A DNA stretch of 64,000 bases, taken from contig CAJLLT010000003.1 in the NCBI GenBank assembly GCA_905207625.1, forward strand, positions 43,924 to 107,923. Direction: 5' to 3'. A program made the position numbers and the translations under genes. Source of the DNA: an uncultured Eubacteriales bacterium. GTDB taxonomy: Bacteria > Bacillota > Clostridia > Oscillospirales > UBA644. Below are positions 33,712 to 43,149 of this stretch, piece by piece; positions within the stretch are counted from its first letter, which is position 1, and every line of letters begins with the position of its first letter. The notes beneath the pieces were generated by a model that was not told the DNA's origin, searched no databases, and saw only the letters and a program-made list of their open reading frames with translations.

Positions 33712-36700
33712 TTACGATTTCTTTTTCCTGCTTACGAGAATTATGACAACTATTATCGCAATAATGATCACAGCCGCTATAACGATGATAATAATTGTCG
33801 GGAATGTCTGTACCGCGCTGACAGAGAATTCGGTTGTCGCATCTCCGCTCGCGGAACGTATTGTGAGCGTGTGCTGTCCCTCAGCAAGGGTCTCCAGGAA
33901 CGCCTCGTTCAGCTCTATCACTATACCGCCATTGCCGCTCTTTGTATAGTTTTTCGCATCAACGGTCTTTCCGTCGACAATAACTTCAATAAAGTCGGAA
34001 ATATCCGCATCGGACACAAAGCGGAGAGTCTTGCCGCTGTTTTTTGTCCAGGACTTGCTCTTTCCCTCAGTAATTACGGGCGGGATCTTCGGGGTAACCG
34101 TATCCGCAACGGTGATTTCAGCTCCCGCTGTCGCATCTTTGAAAAGCTTTCCGCAATCGGCACAGCTGTAGTATTCGATGTGTCCCTCTGATGCGGCGGT
34201 AGCGGGGACAGAGCTTATTTTCTTCAGGGATGCATGGTTGGAGCTGTCCTTGTCACCGTATTTTTCTCCGCAATATTGACAAATTGCCTGTTCGGAACAG
34301 GTCGCGACACCTCCGGAGTGTTCGCAGGTGTATCCGCAATCGGCACAAACGCCGCTGTTCCAGGTATGAGACTGACGTTCAACAGTCACTTCTCCGCAAC
34401 AGGAGTAAACCTGCTCGTGTTCGGATTCAGTCTGTACAGTCCAGACTTTTGAACCGGTATGATTTCCGGCATCGACTTCGCCGTATTTTTCGCCGCAGAA
34501 CTTGCAGGTCGCTTTTTCGGTGCAAGTCGCTTCTCCTCCGGTATGTCTGCAGGTGTATCCGCATTCGGAGCAGACACCGTTAACCCAGGTATGATCTTCC
34601 TTCGGAACGGCTGTGGCACCGCAGCAGGAATAGTTCTGTTCATGCTTTGTTTCCGACTGGGTGGTCCACATCTTCGTTCCGGTATGATTTGAGGAATCAA
34701 CTTTTCCGTATTTCTCCCCGCAGATCTCGCAGGTTGCTTTTTCGGTGCAGGTTGCCGTTCCTCCGGAGTGCTTGCAGGAATAGCCGCATTCGGAGCAGAC
34801 GCCGTTGACCCAGGTGTGGTCCGAACTTTCAACAGTCACTTTACCGCAGCAGGAGTATTTCTGCTCATGCTTTGATTCGTTCAGAGCTGTCCAGACTTTT
34901 GTGCCGGTGTGCTTTTCGGGGTCCGCCTCGCCGTATTTCTCGCCGCAAACTTCGCAGACAGCGCCGTTGGTGCAGGTTGCGCTTCCTCCGAAGTGTACAC
35001 AGACATAATCGCACTCTGAGCAAACGCCGTTTCTCCAATGATGTCTTTCTTCGGCTACCACGACTTTGTTGCAGCAATAGTAATAAGCCTCATGAGTGGT
35101 TTCTGTTCTTACGTATATAACGCTTCCGGTGTGATTTGCGGGATTTATGCCGCCGTATTCTTTACCGCAGAGCTGACATATTGCCGCCTGGGTGCAGGTA
35201 GCCGTTCCGCCGCTGTGCCGGCATTCGTAGAGACATTCGGTGCAGACACCGTTTGACCACTCGTGGCCTTCTTCCGCAACAACCGTAGTGTTGCAGCAGT
35301 CATAGTGGGATTCGTGCGTTGTTTCGGTGTATGTATAGATCACATTTCCGGTGTGGTTTTCAAGGTCCTTTTCACCGTATACGGTCTGGCATACCGAGCA
35401 TACCGGAGCCTGGGTGCAGGTCGCCGTACCTCCGGAGTGTCCGGTGCAGTCAATCGTTCCGTTGTTTATGATGCTGCCGTTGACGGTGATGCTTCCTCTG
35501 TTCGTAAATGTTGTTCCCGCAGGAATCGTCAGGGTGCAGTTTTCGGGGATGGTGAGAGTCATGTCACTTGCCACGGTAACGTCTCCGGGCAATATGGGGT
35601 TTCCTGTGACCGATCCTACTTTGTTGCAGAACAGCACGCTGTCGGTGACGGATTCGTATGTATCATCGCAGGAGGATTCTATCCAGGACCCGGATACGGA
35701 GGTGCTGTTGCTTGCGTATATGCCGTATCCGTCGCCGGTCGCTTTGACGATACTGTTTATAATTGTTATGTCGTTGGAGTAAATTGCGACGTCAAAAACG
35801 GATTCCGCGGTCACAGTACTGTCGGAAATGGAGATGGATCCGTTTGCGCGCAATGTGGGATAATATCCCGTTGTTTTTATCTCCGCTCCGTTGGAGATGG
35901 ACAGCGTGTTTCCGGAGAATATACCGGCACCCTTGGGAGCAGAGGCGGTTATTTTTCCTCCGTTTACGCTTATGGTGTCTCCGTAGACGGCGATGTCATT
36001 GCCTTTTGCCTTTATGGTCGCCCGGTCACTTACGGATATATTTCCGTAGCAACTGAGACCGAGGCTGTTGTAGTTTTCGTTATTTGAATTGTTTCCCTCG
36101 ACCTCAAGATAACTGTCTCCGGTCATCGTAAGGTCGCCGCTCCACATGTCTATACCGTCAACGACATAGCTCATCTCGGTATCGGGATCCGGCTGCAGAC
36201 AGTAGAGTCTGGAACTGTCCTCAAGTCTGAGGGAATGGGTTATTCCTGATTTTACACCTATCTGCAGGGGTGCGGAGTTTCCGGTTCCGGTTATTCTGAC
36301 ACATGCCGATCCGGAGAGAATGCAGTCTCCGTTCCATTCACAGTTTCTCGAAAGGAGGTTTACCACAATATTCGTGTCCGTGATATGAAGCGCATTGGGC
36401 ATATATGAGGTTTGCTGAATAACGCTGAGATCTTTCGTGTTAAGGGTTCCCTTTCCGTGGATGGTGATGTTTTCCGCTCTGACTTTTTCCAGGGTGTTCA
36501 CCGTATTCTCGGGAACCTCAATGTTAAGTCTGACGGGGCTGTTTTTGACGCTGATTCCACCGGATACGGTTACATTGTCCAGTTTCAGCCAGAACGCCTG
36601 CTCGACATCCGCAGAGTTGTTGCTTCCCCAGAGCCCGATGGTTTTGTCGGTACTCCCCGAAAGGACATAGACAACGTCTCTTTTTCTCAGGATGATAAGG

Positions 36701-36855
36701 TTTCCGCTGATCTTGTAATTCTCGTTTTCCGTGTCCTCGCCGCCTACGTCTATGAAAACGGTTTCCATATCGGAAGGAGCGGCGAAAAATTTCACAGGAG
36801 CGAGTACAAGCATCAGACAGAGCGCGAAAATGATGCACAGAACCTGTTTCTTCAT
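33712..36855 (-). CDS. Surface protein: signal peptide, parallel beta-helix-like region, 5.5 Cys/His-rich 75-aa repeats, Ig-like domain, C-terminal TM anchor
   Basis: 1,047 aa. Signal peptide MKKQVLCIIFALCLMLVLAPVKFFA. Repetitive G/N/S/T-rich strands (GNDIAVYGDTISVNGGKITASA...). Repeats at aa 470-905. C-terminal TFPTIIIIVIAAVIIIAIIVVIILV followed by SRKKKS. Confidence 0.85.
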   Translation of the reverse strand: MKKQVLCIIFALCLMLVLAPVKFFAAPSDMETVFIDVGGEDTENENYKISGNLIILRKRDVVYVLSGSTDKTIGLWGSNNSADVEQAFWLKLDNVTVSGGISVKNSPVRLNIEVPENTVNTLEKVRAENITIHGKGTLNTKDLSVIQQTSYMPNALHITDTNIVVNLLSRNCEWNGDCILSGSACVRITGTGNSAPLQIGVKSGITHSLRLEDSSRLYCLQPDPDTEMSYVVDGIDMWSGDLTMTGDSYLEVEGNNSNNENYNSLGLSCYGNISVSDRATIKAKGNDIAVYGDTISVNGGKITASAPKGAGIFSGNTLSISNGAEIKTTGYYPTLRANGSISISDSTVTAESVFDVAIYSNDITIINSIVKATGDGYGIYASNSTSVSGSWIESSCDDTYESVTDSVLFCNKVGSVTGNPILPGDVTVASDMTLTIPENCTLTIPAGTTFTNRGSITVNGSIINNGTIDCTGHSGGTATCTQAPVCSVCQTVYGEKDLENHTGNVIYTYTETTHESHYDCCNTTVVAEEGHEWSNGVCTECLYECRHSGGTATCTQAAICQLCGKEYGGINPANHTGSVIYVRTETTHEAYYYCCNKVVVAEERHHWRNGVCSECDYVCVHFGGSATCTNGAVCEVCGEKYGEADPEKHTGTKVWTALNESKHEQKYSCCGKVTVESSDHTWVNGVCSECGYSCKHSGGTATCTEKATCEICGEKYGKVDSSNHTGTKMWTTQSETKHEQNYSCCGATAVPKEDHTWVNGVCSECGYTCRHTGGEATCTEKATCKFCGEKYGEVDAGNHTGSKVWTVQTESEHEQVYSCCGEVTVERQSHTWNSGVCADCGYTCEHSGGVATCSEQAICQYCGEKYGDKDSSNHASLKKISSVPATAASEGHIEYYSCADCGKLFKDATAGAEITVADTVTPKIPPVITEGKSKSWTKNSGKTLRFVSDADISDFIEVIVDGKTVDAKNYTKSGNGGIVIELNEAFLETLAEGQHTLTIRSASGDATTEFSVSAVQTFPTIIIIVIAAVIIIAIIVVIILVSRKKKS
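34141..35448 (-). repeat. Tandem coding repeats (about 222-225 bp unit, 5 full copies plus 1 variant) encoding Cys8/His4 modules
   Basis: Repeat-initial Cys at aa 470, 545, 619, 694, 769 and 844. Copies 3-5 are nearly identical in pattern (C.H.GG.ATCTEKATC..CGEKYG...NHTG.K.WT....KHEQ.YSCCG.......H.W.NGVCSECGY). Confidence 0.85.
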
Positions 36856-36973
36856 TTTTTTTCTCCAAACTCAAAGCCAAGAGGCTTCTTTATTTCTCTA
36901 CATTAAATATATCAGAAAAGATTGAAAAACAATGTTAATATTTTCAAAGTTTTTTAAAAGTTTTGTCGAACTC

Positions 36974-37007
36974 ACAGGGGAAGGAAAAAACTTTTTCCTT
37001 CCCCTGT
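36974..37007 (-). terminator. Terminator after the ABC exporter pair
   Basis: Perfect 16-bp inverted repeat ACAGGGGAAGGAAAAA / TTTTTCCTTCCCCTGT, 5 nt beyond the stop at 37012. Confidence 0.8.
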
Positions 37008-37011
37008 ATCA

Positions 37012-38922
37012 TTATTGCCCGGAGGGTTTGAGCGAGGCCTTTCTGCGTGCCTGCTCACGGTCATATTGGAGCATATACAGGCTGTAGTACCTGCCCTTCT
37101 TCTCCAGCAGCTCAAAGTGGGATCCCTGCTCAATTATCTGCCCGTGGGACAGAACAATTATATTATCGGCGTGCTGAATGGTTGAAAGTCTGTGGGCGAC
37201 CATGAGCATCGTACCGATATTCATCAGCTTTTCGAGCGAATCCTGGATCAGAATTTCCGTTTCGGTGTCAATGTTCGCGGTTGCTTCGTCCAGGATCATG
37301 ACCTCGGGCTTGTGAATTATCGTTCTCGCAAAGGAAAGCAGCTGGCGCTGCCCCGCCGAGAAGTTGTTGCCTCTTTCCCGGACCTCTTCGTCCAGTCCGT
37401 CCCGGAGCTTGTTGATAAATTTATCCGCATTGACATAGCGGCACGCCTGCATTATCTCTTCGTCGCTGACACCCTCCTTATTCAGCAGAATATTGCTGCG
37501 GATGGTTCCCGAGAAGAGAAATACGTCCTGAAGCATCTGTCCGAAATGGCTCCGCAGGGAATCGATTTTGATCTTGCGGATATCTATTCCGTCAATGAGT
37601 ATCTCGCCTTTCTGAATATCGTAATTACGGCATATCAGAGACAGTATTGTGGTTTTGCCCGATCCGGTCGATCCCACGAAAGCCACAGTCTGTCCGGCTT
37701 TTACGGTGAATGAAACGTCCTTGAGGATCCATTCTCCGGGAATATAGCTGAACCAGACGTTCCTGAATTCTATATTTCCTTTGACCTCCGGAAGCTCGAT
37801 TGCGTCCGGCGCATCGACCACATCCGGTCTGATATCGAAGATCGTGAATATTTTTTCGGCAGAGGCAAAAGCGGACTGGAGCCAGTTGAACTGTTCTGCA
37901 AGGCTCTGAATCGGGTTGAAAAACTTTGAAATATACATGTAGAAGGTAACGACCGTCCCTCCGTCTATCACCTGTCCGAGGAATGGCGTGTCTTTTATAT
38001 ACCCTCTTCCGCCCAGGTACAGCAGGCAAAGTACCGAGGTTATATAAAGCATGTATATTGTGGGACGGAAAACGGCGAAAACAAAGATCTCTTCCTTCAT
38101 TGCCCTGTACAGACCTTCGTTTTTGCTGTCAAACTCCGCCTTTTTGTGCTCTTCCCGGTTGAATATCCTGATAATCTTCATTCCGGAAAGGTTCTCCGAG
38201 AGGAATGTATTTATATCCGTTGTTCTGTCCTTGACTCTGCGGTATGCCCTTCGGGAAAACTTCCTGAAAATGAGGGTAAACAGAATTATGAACGGGACAA
38301 AACACAGTATCATCAGTGTCAGGGTGTAATTCAGGCAGAGCATCGCGGTGAGAACGCCGGCAATGATGAAGCAGTTTTTTATCAGATTCACGATAATGTT
38401 CGTGAACATTCTGGAAATCGCGTCCGTATCGTTGGTAACACGGGTGACGAGTTTTCCTACGGGAATGGTATTCAGCTGCGCGTGGGAAAGGTTTTCGATA
38501 TGTGCGAAAAGGTCTTCACGGAGTTTGGAGATTATCTTCTGTCCCGTTTTCTGAAGTGTGATCGCCTGTACATAGGAACTCGCCAGGGAAAGGAGGAGAA
38601 TAGTTCCGTACACGATAACTGCGGCAAAAAGCCGGGACATTTCGAAATCGTCCTTGATCATTTTTTCTATATTGCCTATTATCAGAGGGGAGAGAATATC
38701 GTAGGCAATGGAAAAAATCATTACTATCAGCACAAAAAGGAAATTCTTCCAGTAAGGACGGGCATATCCCAGAAGGCGGCGGATTATTTCCGTATCCTTC
38801 ATGTTCCGGTCAAAACCGATGGATTCCTTTTTATCTTTCATGCAAAGGAATGCGATTATGAAGAACAGGGAAAAGGTTCCGATCACCGCTCCGGCGATCA
38901 GGAGGGGGTAGTATTCATGCAT
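37012..38922 (-). CDS. ABC exporter, fused permease/ATPase (heterodimer subunit B)
   Basis: 636 aa from ATG 38922, an 8-nt overlap with the upstream gene. Six-TM exporter domain. Walker A GSTGSGKTT, signature FSAGQRQ, Walker B ILDEAT. One extra N-terminal hydrophobic helix. Confidence 0.9.
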   Translation of the reverse strand: MHEYYPLLIAGAVIGTFSLFFIIAFLCMKDKKESIGFDRNMKDTEIIRRLLGYARPYWKNFLFVLIVMIFSIAYDILSPLIIGNIEKMIKDDFEMSRLFAAVIVYGTILLLSLASSYVQAITLQKTGQKIISKLREDLFAHIENLSHAQLNTIPVGKLVTRVTNDTDAISRMFTNIIVNLIKNCFIIAGVLTAMLCLNYTLTLMILCFVPFIILFTLIFRKFSRRAYRRVKDRTTDINTFLSENLSGMKIIRIFNREEHKKAEFDSKNEGLYRAMKEEIFVFAVFRPTIYMLYITSVLCLLYLGGRGYIKDTPFLGQVIDGGTVVTFYMYISKFFNPIQSLAEQFNWLQSAFASAEKIFTIFDIRPDVVDAPDAIELPEVKGNIEFRNVWFSYIPGEWILKDVSFTVKAGQTVAFVGSTGSGKTTILSLICRNYDIQKGEILIDGIDIRKIKIDSLRSHFGQMLQDVFLFSGTIRSNILLNKEGVSDEEIMQACRYVNADKFINKLRDGLDEEVRERGNNFSAGQRQLLSFARTIIHKPEVMILDEATANIDTETEILIQDSLEKLMNIGTMLMVAHRLSTIQHADNIIVLSHGQIIEQGSHFELLEKKGRYYSLYMLQYDREQARRKASLKPSGQ

Positions 38923-40696
38923 TTTCCTTTTCCTCCTTTTCGTCCAGTTTCTGCAGATCCACCATCGTCTTGTATTCGGGGCAGGTGTTGCAGAGTTGTT
39001 CATGGGATCCGACCGCGACTATTCTGCCGTCGTCCACAAAAATTATTTTGTCCATCTTCTCAACGGTGGTTATCCGGTGGGCGATGAGGATAGTCGTCTT
39101 ACCCTTGCGCAGTTTCCTGAGATTTTCCAGTATGGACTTTTCTGTTTTCACGTCCACAGCGGAAACCGAGTCATCGAGAATGAGAATGGAGGCATCTTTC
39201 ATCAGCGCTCTGGCTATGGAAATACGTTGTTTCTGACCGCCGGAAACGGTGACGCCGCGTTCTCCGAGAACTGTCTGGTAACCTAATGCGAAATCTCTGA
39301 TATTGTCGTCCACATCGGACATTTTTGCCGCCTGTATCACGTCTTCGGAGTCCCCTCCGTCGGTGGCGAAGGCAATGTTGTTTTCTATGGTGTCGCTGAA
39401 AAGGAAATTGTCCTGAGGCACATAAGCGGAGAATTTCCGTACGGTATGTATGGGAATGGTGTTTATATCCCTTCCGTCCAGGAATACAGTCCCGTCGGGA
39501 ACATTATATGTTCGGAGAAGAAGATCCACTATGGTGGTCTTTCCCGCACCGGTCTTGCCGATTATACCCACATTTTCCCCCGCGTTTATCACGAAGGAAA
39601 CGTTTTGCAGTACGTCGTATTCTCCTCCGGGATAACGGAAGGTCAGATTACGGAACTCAATGTTTCCGTAGATAAAGTCCATATCCGTTACATCCGGTCT
39701 GTCTTCCACATCCGAGGTGGAGTCGAGTAACCGGCTGATCCTTTGCAAAGAAGCCTTGCCTCTGGAACGCATTTCTATGAGTTCGGAAACAGCCATTACG
39801 GGCCATACGGCGGAATTGAAGTAGGCTATGAATTCCACCAGCTGTCCGGCATCAAATATCTTTTCATGGACGAGCCAGCCGCCGTAGCCGAGTATGACGC
39901 AGATTACCGATTCCACAAAGAGAGTAACGAGGATATTGAGAAGGGTGGATGCTTTGGTATAGTTTACGTTTGCTTTTTCATTGTTTTTGTTGAGCTTACG
40001 GAAATTCATCAGTTCCTTTGTGTTCTTGACAAAGGCTTTGATCACCGCGATTCCGGAAAAGCTTTCCTGCGAGAAGTCGGAAAGGTCGGAAAAAGCCTGC
40101 TGTCTTTCCGCCCATCTTGCGGTCATGTGTTTTCCCACGACCGTTCCCACCGCAAGCAGGAGCCCCAGGGGTACCATGCATAAAAGTGCGAGGAAAGCGT
40201 TCATGCTGACCATTTTCCAGATTGCGAGGGTTCCCAGGAAGAGAGCGTCGCAAAACATCATTACTCCGGAGCCGAAGCATTCTCTTACCGTTTCCAGATC
40301 ATTGGTAAAAAGAGACATAAGGTTTCCGACCTTGTTTACCTGGTAATACTGTTGCGAGAGGCTTTCACACTTGCCGAACATTCTTCCTCGGAGATCGGTA
40401 GCCACCTTGAGAGCAGAACCGAAAAAGCAGATACGCCAGAGGAATCTTCCGATTACAAGCGAAAGGATGACAAAAAGGAGCGGGCGGCAGACACTGTCAA
40501 GTAAAAACTCCATATCAAAGGGAACGGTTACTCCGTCCGATGTCACCAATCCCGTATTTATCCCGTTTACAACGAGTTTGTAGAGTTCCGGGACTATAAG
40601 CTGAACATAGTCCACCGCAATAAGCGCGGCGGTGCCCAGAAGCAGAACATGAAGGTATCGCAGATAGTATTTATTTATGTGTTTCCCGAAAAGCAT
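38915..40696 (-). CDS. ABC exporter, fused permease/ATPase (heterodimer subunit A)
   Basis: 593 aa. Walker A GKTGAGKTT, signature VSGGQKQR, Walker B LILDDS. Confidence 0.9.
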   Translation of the reverse strand: MLFGKHINKYYLRYLHVLLLGTAALIAVDYVQLIVPELYKLVVNGINTGLVTSDGVTVPFDMEFLLDSVCRPLLFVILSLVIGRFLWRICFFGSALKVATDLRGRMFGKCESLSQQYYQVNKVGNLMSLFTNDLETVRECFGSGVMMFCDALFLGTLAIWKMVSMNAFLALLCMVPLGLLLAVGTVVGKHMTARWAERQQAFSDLSDFSQESFSGIAVIKAFVKNTKELMNFRKLNKNNEKANVNYTKASTLLNILVTLFVESVICVILGYGGWLVHEKIFDAGQLVEFIAYFNSAVWPVMAVSELIEMRSRGKASLQRISRLLDSTSDVEDRPDVTDMDFIYGNIEFRNLTFRYPGGEYDVLQNVSFVINAGENVGIIGKTGAGKTTIVDLLLRTYNVPDGTVFLDGRDINTIPIHTVRKFSAYVPQDNFLFSDTIENNIAFATDGGDSEDVIQAAKMSDVDDNIRDFALGYQTVLGERGVTVSGGQKQRISIARALMKDASILILDDSVSAVDVKTEKSILENLRKLRKGKTTILIAHRITTVEKMDKIIFVDDGRIVAVGSHEQLCNTCPEYKTMVDLQKLDEKEEKENA

Positions 40697-40804
40697 AATG
40701 CCCCCTGATACTATTATAGGTACAATAACGGGAAAAGTATATCACATTTGTCCGGTAAAGTCAATGAAATAAGAGTGAAAAAAGTCGGAATAGCACGGAA
40801 GTTC

Positions 40805-40833
40805 TTGACTTATGGGGAGGAATGGTGTATAAT
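40805..40833 (+). promoter_or_regulatory. Near-consensus promoter facing the MATE gene
   Basis: TTGACT (40805-40810), 17 bp, TATAAT (40828-40833). The MATE ATG is about 265 nt downstream. Confidence 0.6.
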
Positions 40834-40835
40834 AC

Positions 40836-40895
40836 GCACAGCGGCGCGAAGCGCCCCGATGCTTTGCATCGCACCGACGGAGCCGGTGGCTGTGC
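40836..40895. other. 60-nt perfect four-way-junction (cloverleaf-like) element, function and strand unknown
   Basis: Closing helix GCACAGC / GCTGTGC encloses three abutting hairpins: GGCGC-GAA-GCGCC, CGATGC-TTT-GCATCG and CACCG-ACGGAGC-CGGTG. 23 Watson-Crick pairs, no mismatch. Confidence 0.35.
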
Positions 40896-40910
40896 TTTTG
40901 ACGGCGTCGT

Positions 40911-40938
40911 AAAAATGCCCTTGCGAGCAAGCATTTTT
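40911..40938. terminator. A5/T5-flanked hairpin (attenuator or bidirectional terminator candidate)
   Basis: AAAAATGC(CC)TTG-CGAG-CAAGCATTTTT, in the leader between the promoter and the MATE gene. Confidence 0.45.
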
Positions 40939-41103
40939 ACTCCTGGTGTGATATGTACCCGGCCAATCTTCCTGCAAAAGGTTCATGGCTTCGCTTCTGT
41001 GCGCTCAGTTCAACAATGGACCCGGATTTGCCGCCGAAGTGCCGTTGCGGACAGGGAAATCATTATTATCAGACGCTTACTGAAAAGAGAAAGAAGTGAA
41101 AAG

Positions 41104-42477
41104 ATGAATATACATTCGGAGTCTGCGGTCAAGGACCTTACGGTAGGAAATCCGTATTCTGTTATAGTGACCTTTGCGCTCCCGATTTTCCTCAGCCAGG
41201 TTTTTCAGCAGCTTTATAACACTGCCGATACATTTATTGTCGGAAAATTCCTCGGTACCGATGCTTTTGCCGCAGTGAGCTCTTCCGGGACCCTGATTTT
41301 TCTACTTGTAAGTTTCTTCAACGGTACAGCGATGGGTGCCGGTGTTGTTATCTCCCGGTATTTCGGTGCGGGAAACAGGGACTGCGTTTGCCGGGCTGTA
41401 CATACGAACATAGCCTTAGGGATCACGGGCGGGCTTATTCTTACCGTGTTCGGGGTCGTGTTCACTCCTACGCTGTTGGTCTGGATGAATACCGATCCTG
41501 ATGTCCTGCCGCAGGCGGTAGAATACTTCCGGTACTACTTTTCCGGCGCGCTTGCCATGATAATGTATAATGTGTGCTGCGGAATAATGAATGCTGTAGG
41601 GGACAGCGAGAGACCTCTCTATTATCTGATATTTTCATCGCTGCTGAATGTTTTGCTCGACCTTATTTTTGTTGCGGTGTTCCGCTGGGGAGTCTGGTCT
41701 GCCGCTATCGCAACGGTAATATCTCAGGCGTCAAGTGTCGTTCTTTGTTTCATCCATCTTACAAAAAAAGGACATATCTTCACCGTCGAGCTGAAAAAAA
41801 TAAAGTTTCACGGGGATATGCTGAAGCAGATAATCCGATTCGGTCTTCCCTCAGGGGTTCAGAATTCCGTAATAGGTCTTGCGAACGTAATTGTTCAGAC
41901 CAACATCAATTCCTTCGGTAAGTTTGCCACAGCGGCTTATGGCGCACATGCGAAAATAGAGGGTTTTGCGTTCCTTCCCATAACCAGCTTCAATATGGCG
42001 ATAACAACATTCATTGGGCAGAATCTGGGTGCGAAACTCTATGACCGGGCAAAGACCGGGGCGCGTTTCGGTATCCTTTCCGCGGTTATAATGGCTCAGA
42101 TCATCGGAATAATCTATTATATTTTTGCGGAATCCTTTATAGGATTCTTTGACTCTTCTCCGGAAGTCGTTGCGCTGGGTGCCCAACAGGCGCACACCGC
42201 CACACTGTTTTATTTTCTCCTTGCTTATTCCCACGCTGTTGCCGCTGTCTGCCGGGGGGCGGGAAAAGCTTTTGTGCCGATGTTGGTCATGCTTTCGGTA
42301 TGGTGTGTTCTGAGAATAGGATATATAGAGCTGGTGATGAGTCTTTTCGGAAAGATAGAATATATCTACTGGGCTTATCCTCTGACCTGGGCAATAAGTT
42401 CGGTGATATATTTCATATATTATCATGCCTCGGACTGGATCCACGGTTTTGAGAAAAAAAGGGAGAAAACCCTGTAA
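41104..42477 (+). CDS. MATE family efflux transporter
   Basis: 457 aa from ATG 41104. N-terminus GNPYSVIVTFALPIFLSQVFQQLYNTADTFIVGKFLG is typical of MATE, with 12 TM segments. The track start 40822 adds a non-homologous extension across the promoter. Confidence 0.9.
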   Translation: MNIHSESAVKDLTVGNPYSVIVTFALPIFLSQVFQQLYNTADTFIVGKFLGTDAFAAVSSSGTLIFLLVSFFNGTAMGAGVVISRYFGAGNRDCVCRAVHTNIALGITGGLILTVFGVVFTPTLLVWMNTDPDVLPQAVEYFRYYFSGALAMIMYNVCCGIMNAVGDSERPLYYLIFSSLLNVLLDLIFVAVFRWGVWSAAIATVISQASSVVLCFIHLTKKGHIFTVELKKIKFHGDMLKQIIRFGLPSGVQNSVIGLANVIVQTNINSFGKFATAAYGAHAKIEGFAFLPITSFNMAITTFIGQNLGAKLYDRAKTGARFGILSAVIMAQIIGIIYYIFAESFIGFFDSSPEVVALGAQQAHTATLFYFLLAYSHAVAAVCRGAGKAFVPMLVMLSVWCVLRIGYIELVMSLFGKIEYIYWAYPLTWAISSVIYFIYYHASDWIHGFEKKREKTL

Positions 42478-42503
42478 GACACATATTCTGTTCCACACAG
42501 TGA

Positions 42504-42537
42504 GGAGCCGCCGGAATAAGTCCGGCGGCTCCTTTTA
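42504..42537 (+). terminator. Rho-independent terminator after the MATE gene
   Basis: 12-bp stem GGAGCCGCCGGA / TCCGGCGGCTCC followed by TTTTAT. Confidence 0.8.
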
Positions 42538-42556
42538 TGTCTGCATTTTCAGCTAC

Positions 42557-43102
42557 TCAATAATTCTCCGCGTGAATCTCGAAATAACTCTGAGGATGAT
42601 TGCATGTGGGGCAGACCTCCGGGGCGGAGGTTCCCACTATAATATGTCCGCAGTTGCGGCACTCCCAGATCTTTACCTCGCTTTTTTCAAACACGGCTGC
42701 GGTTTCAACGTTTTTCAGAAGAGCACGGTATCTCTCTTCGTGATGCTTTTCAATGGCTGCAACCAGTCTGAACTTCTTTGCAAGTTCCGGAAAGCCTTCT
42801 TCTTCCGCTGTTTTTGCAAACCCTTCGTACATATCGGTCCACTCATAGTTTTCACCTTCTGCGGCGGCATCAAGGTTCTGGGCGGTGTTTCCTATTCCCT
42901 GCAGTTCTCTGAACCACATTTTCGCGTGTTCCTTTTCATTGTCGGCTGTCTTCAGAAACAGGGCTGCAATCTGCTCGTATCCCTCTTTCTTTGCCGTGGA
43001 CGCGAAATATGTATACTTGTTTCTTGCCTGGCTTTCGCCTGCGAAAGCCGCCTGAAGATTTTTCTCGGTCCGGGTCCCTGTATACTTTGTTTTCTTTTCC
43101 AT
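42557..43102 (-). CDS. rbr: Rubrerythrin
   Basis: 181 aa. Ferritin-like diiron domain ([24 protein letters not shown]) plus C-terminal rubredoxin CRNCG...CPTCN. Confidence 0.93.
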   Translation of the reverse strand: MEKKTKYTGTRTEKNLQAAFAGESQARNKYTYFASTAKKEGYEQIAALFLKTADNEKEHAKMWFRELQGIGNTAQNLDAAAEGENYEWTDMYEGFAKTAEEEGFPELAKKFRLVAAIEKHHEERYRALLKNVETAAVFEKSEVKIWECRNCGHIIVGTSAPEVCPTCNHPQSYFEIHAENY

Positions 43103-43149
43103 GAAACTTACCTCCGATACTGAAGATCAATATTTGACATTTCGCCGGG

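Noticed and set aside
34230-36087. Cluster of 70-270-aa plus-strand and alternative-frame ORFs across the surface-protein gene
   Set aside because: They are by-products of the repetitive, stop-poor Cys/His repeat DNA. Their products are Arg/Cys/Phe-rich nonsense, and the minus-strand 1,047-aa frame has coherent domain logic.
40836-40938. Assignment of the MATE-upstream element to guanidine-II (mini-ykkC) or guanidine-IV (mepA) riboswitch classes
   Set aside because: ACGG occurs in two loops, but the flanking bases do not form the closing pairs expected for ACGR tetraloop hairpins. I cannot recall the mepA consensus well enough to claim a match. It is left as an unclassified structure.
40822-41103. 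94-codon N-terminal extension of the MATE ORF, and the opposite ORF 40742..40930
   Set aside because: The extension overlaps the promoter -10 hexamer and covers the cloverleaf element and the hairpin. Its sequence is Arg/Cys/Gly-rich and non-homologous. MATE homology begins at ATG 41104.
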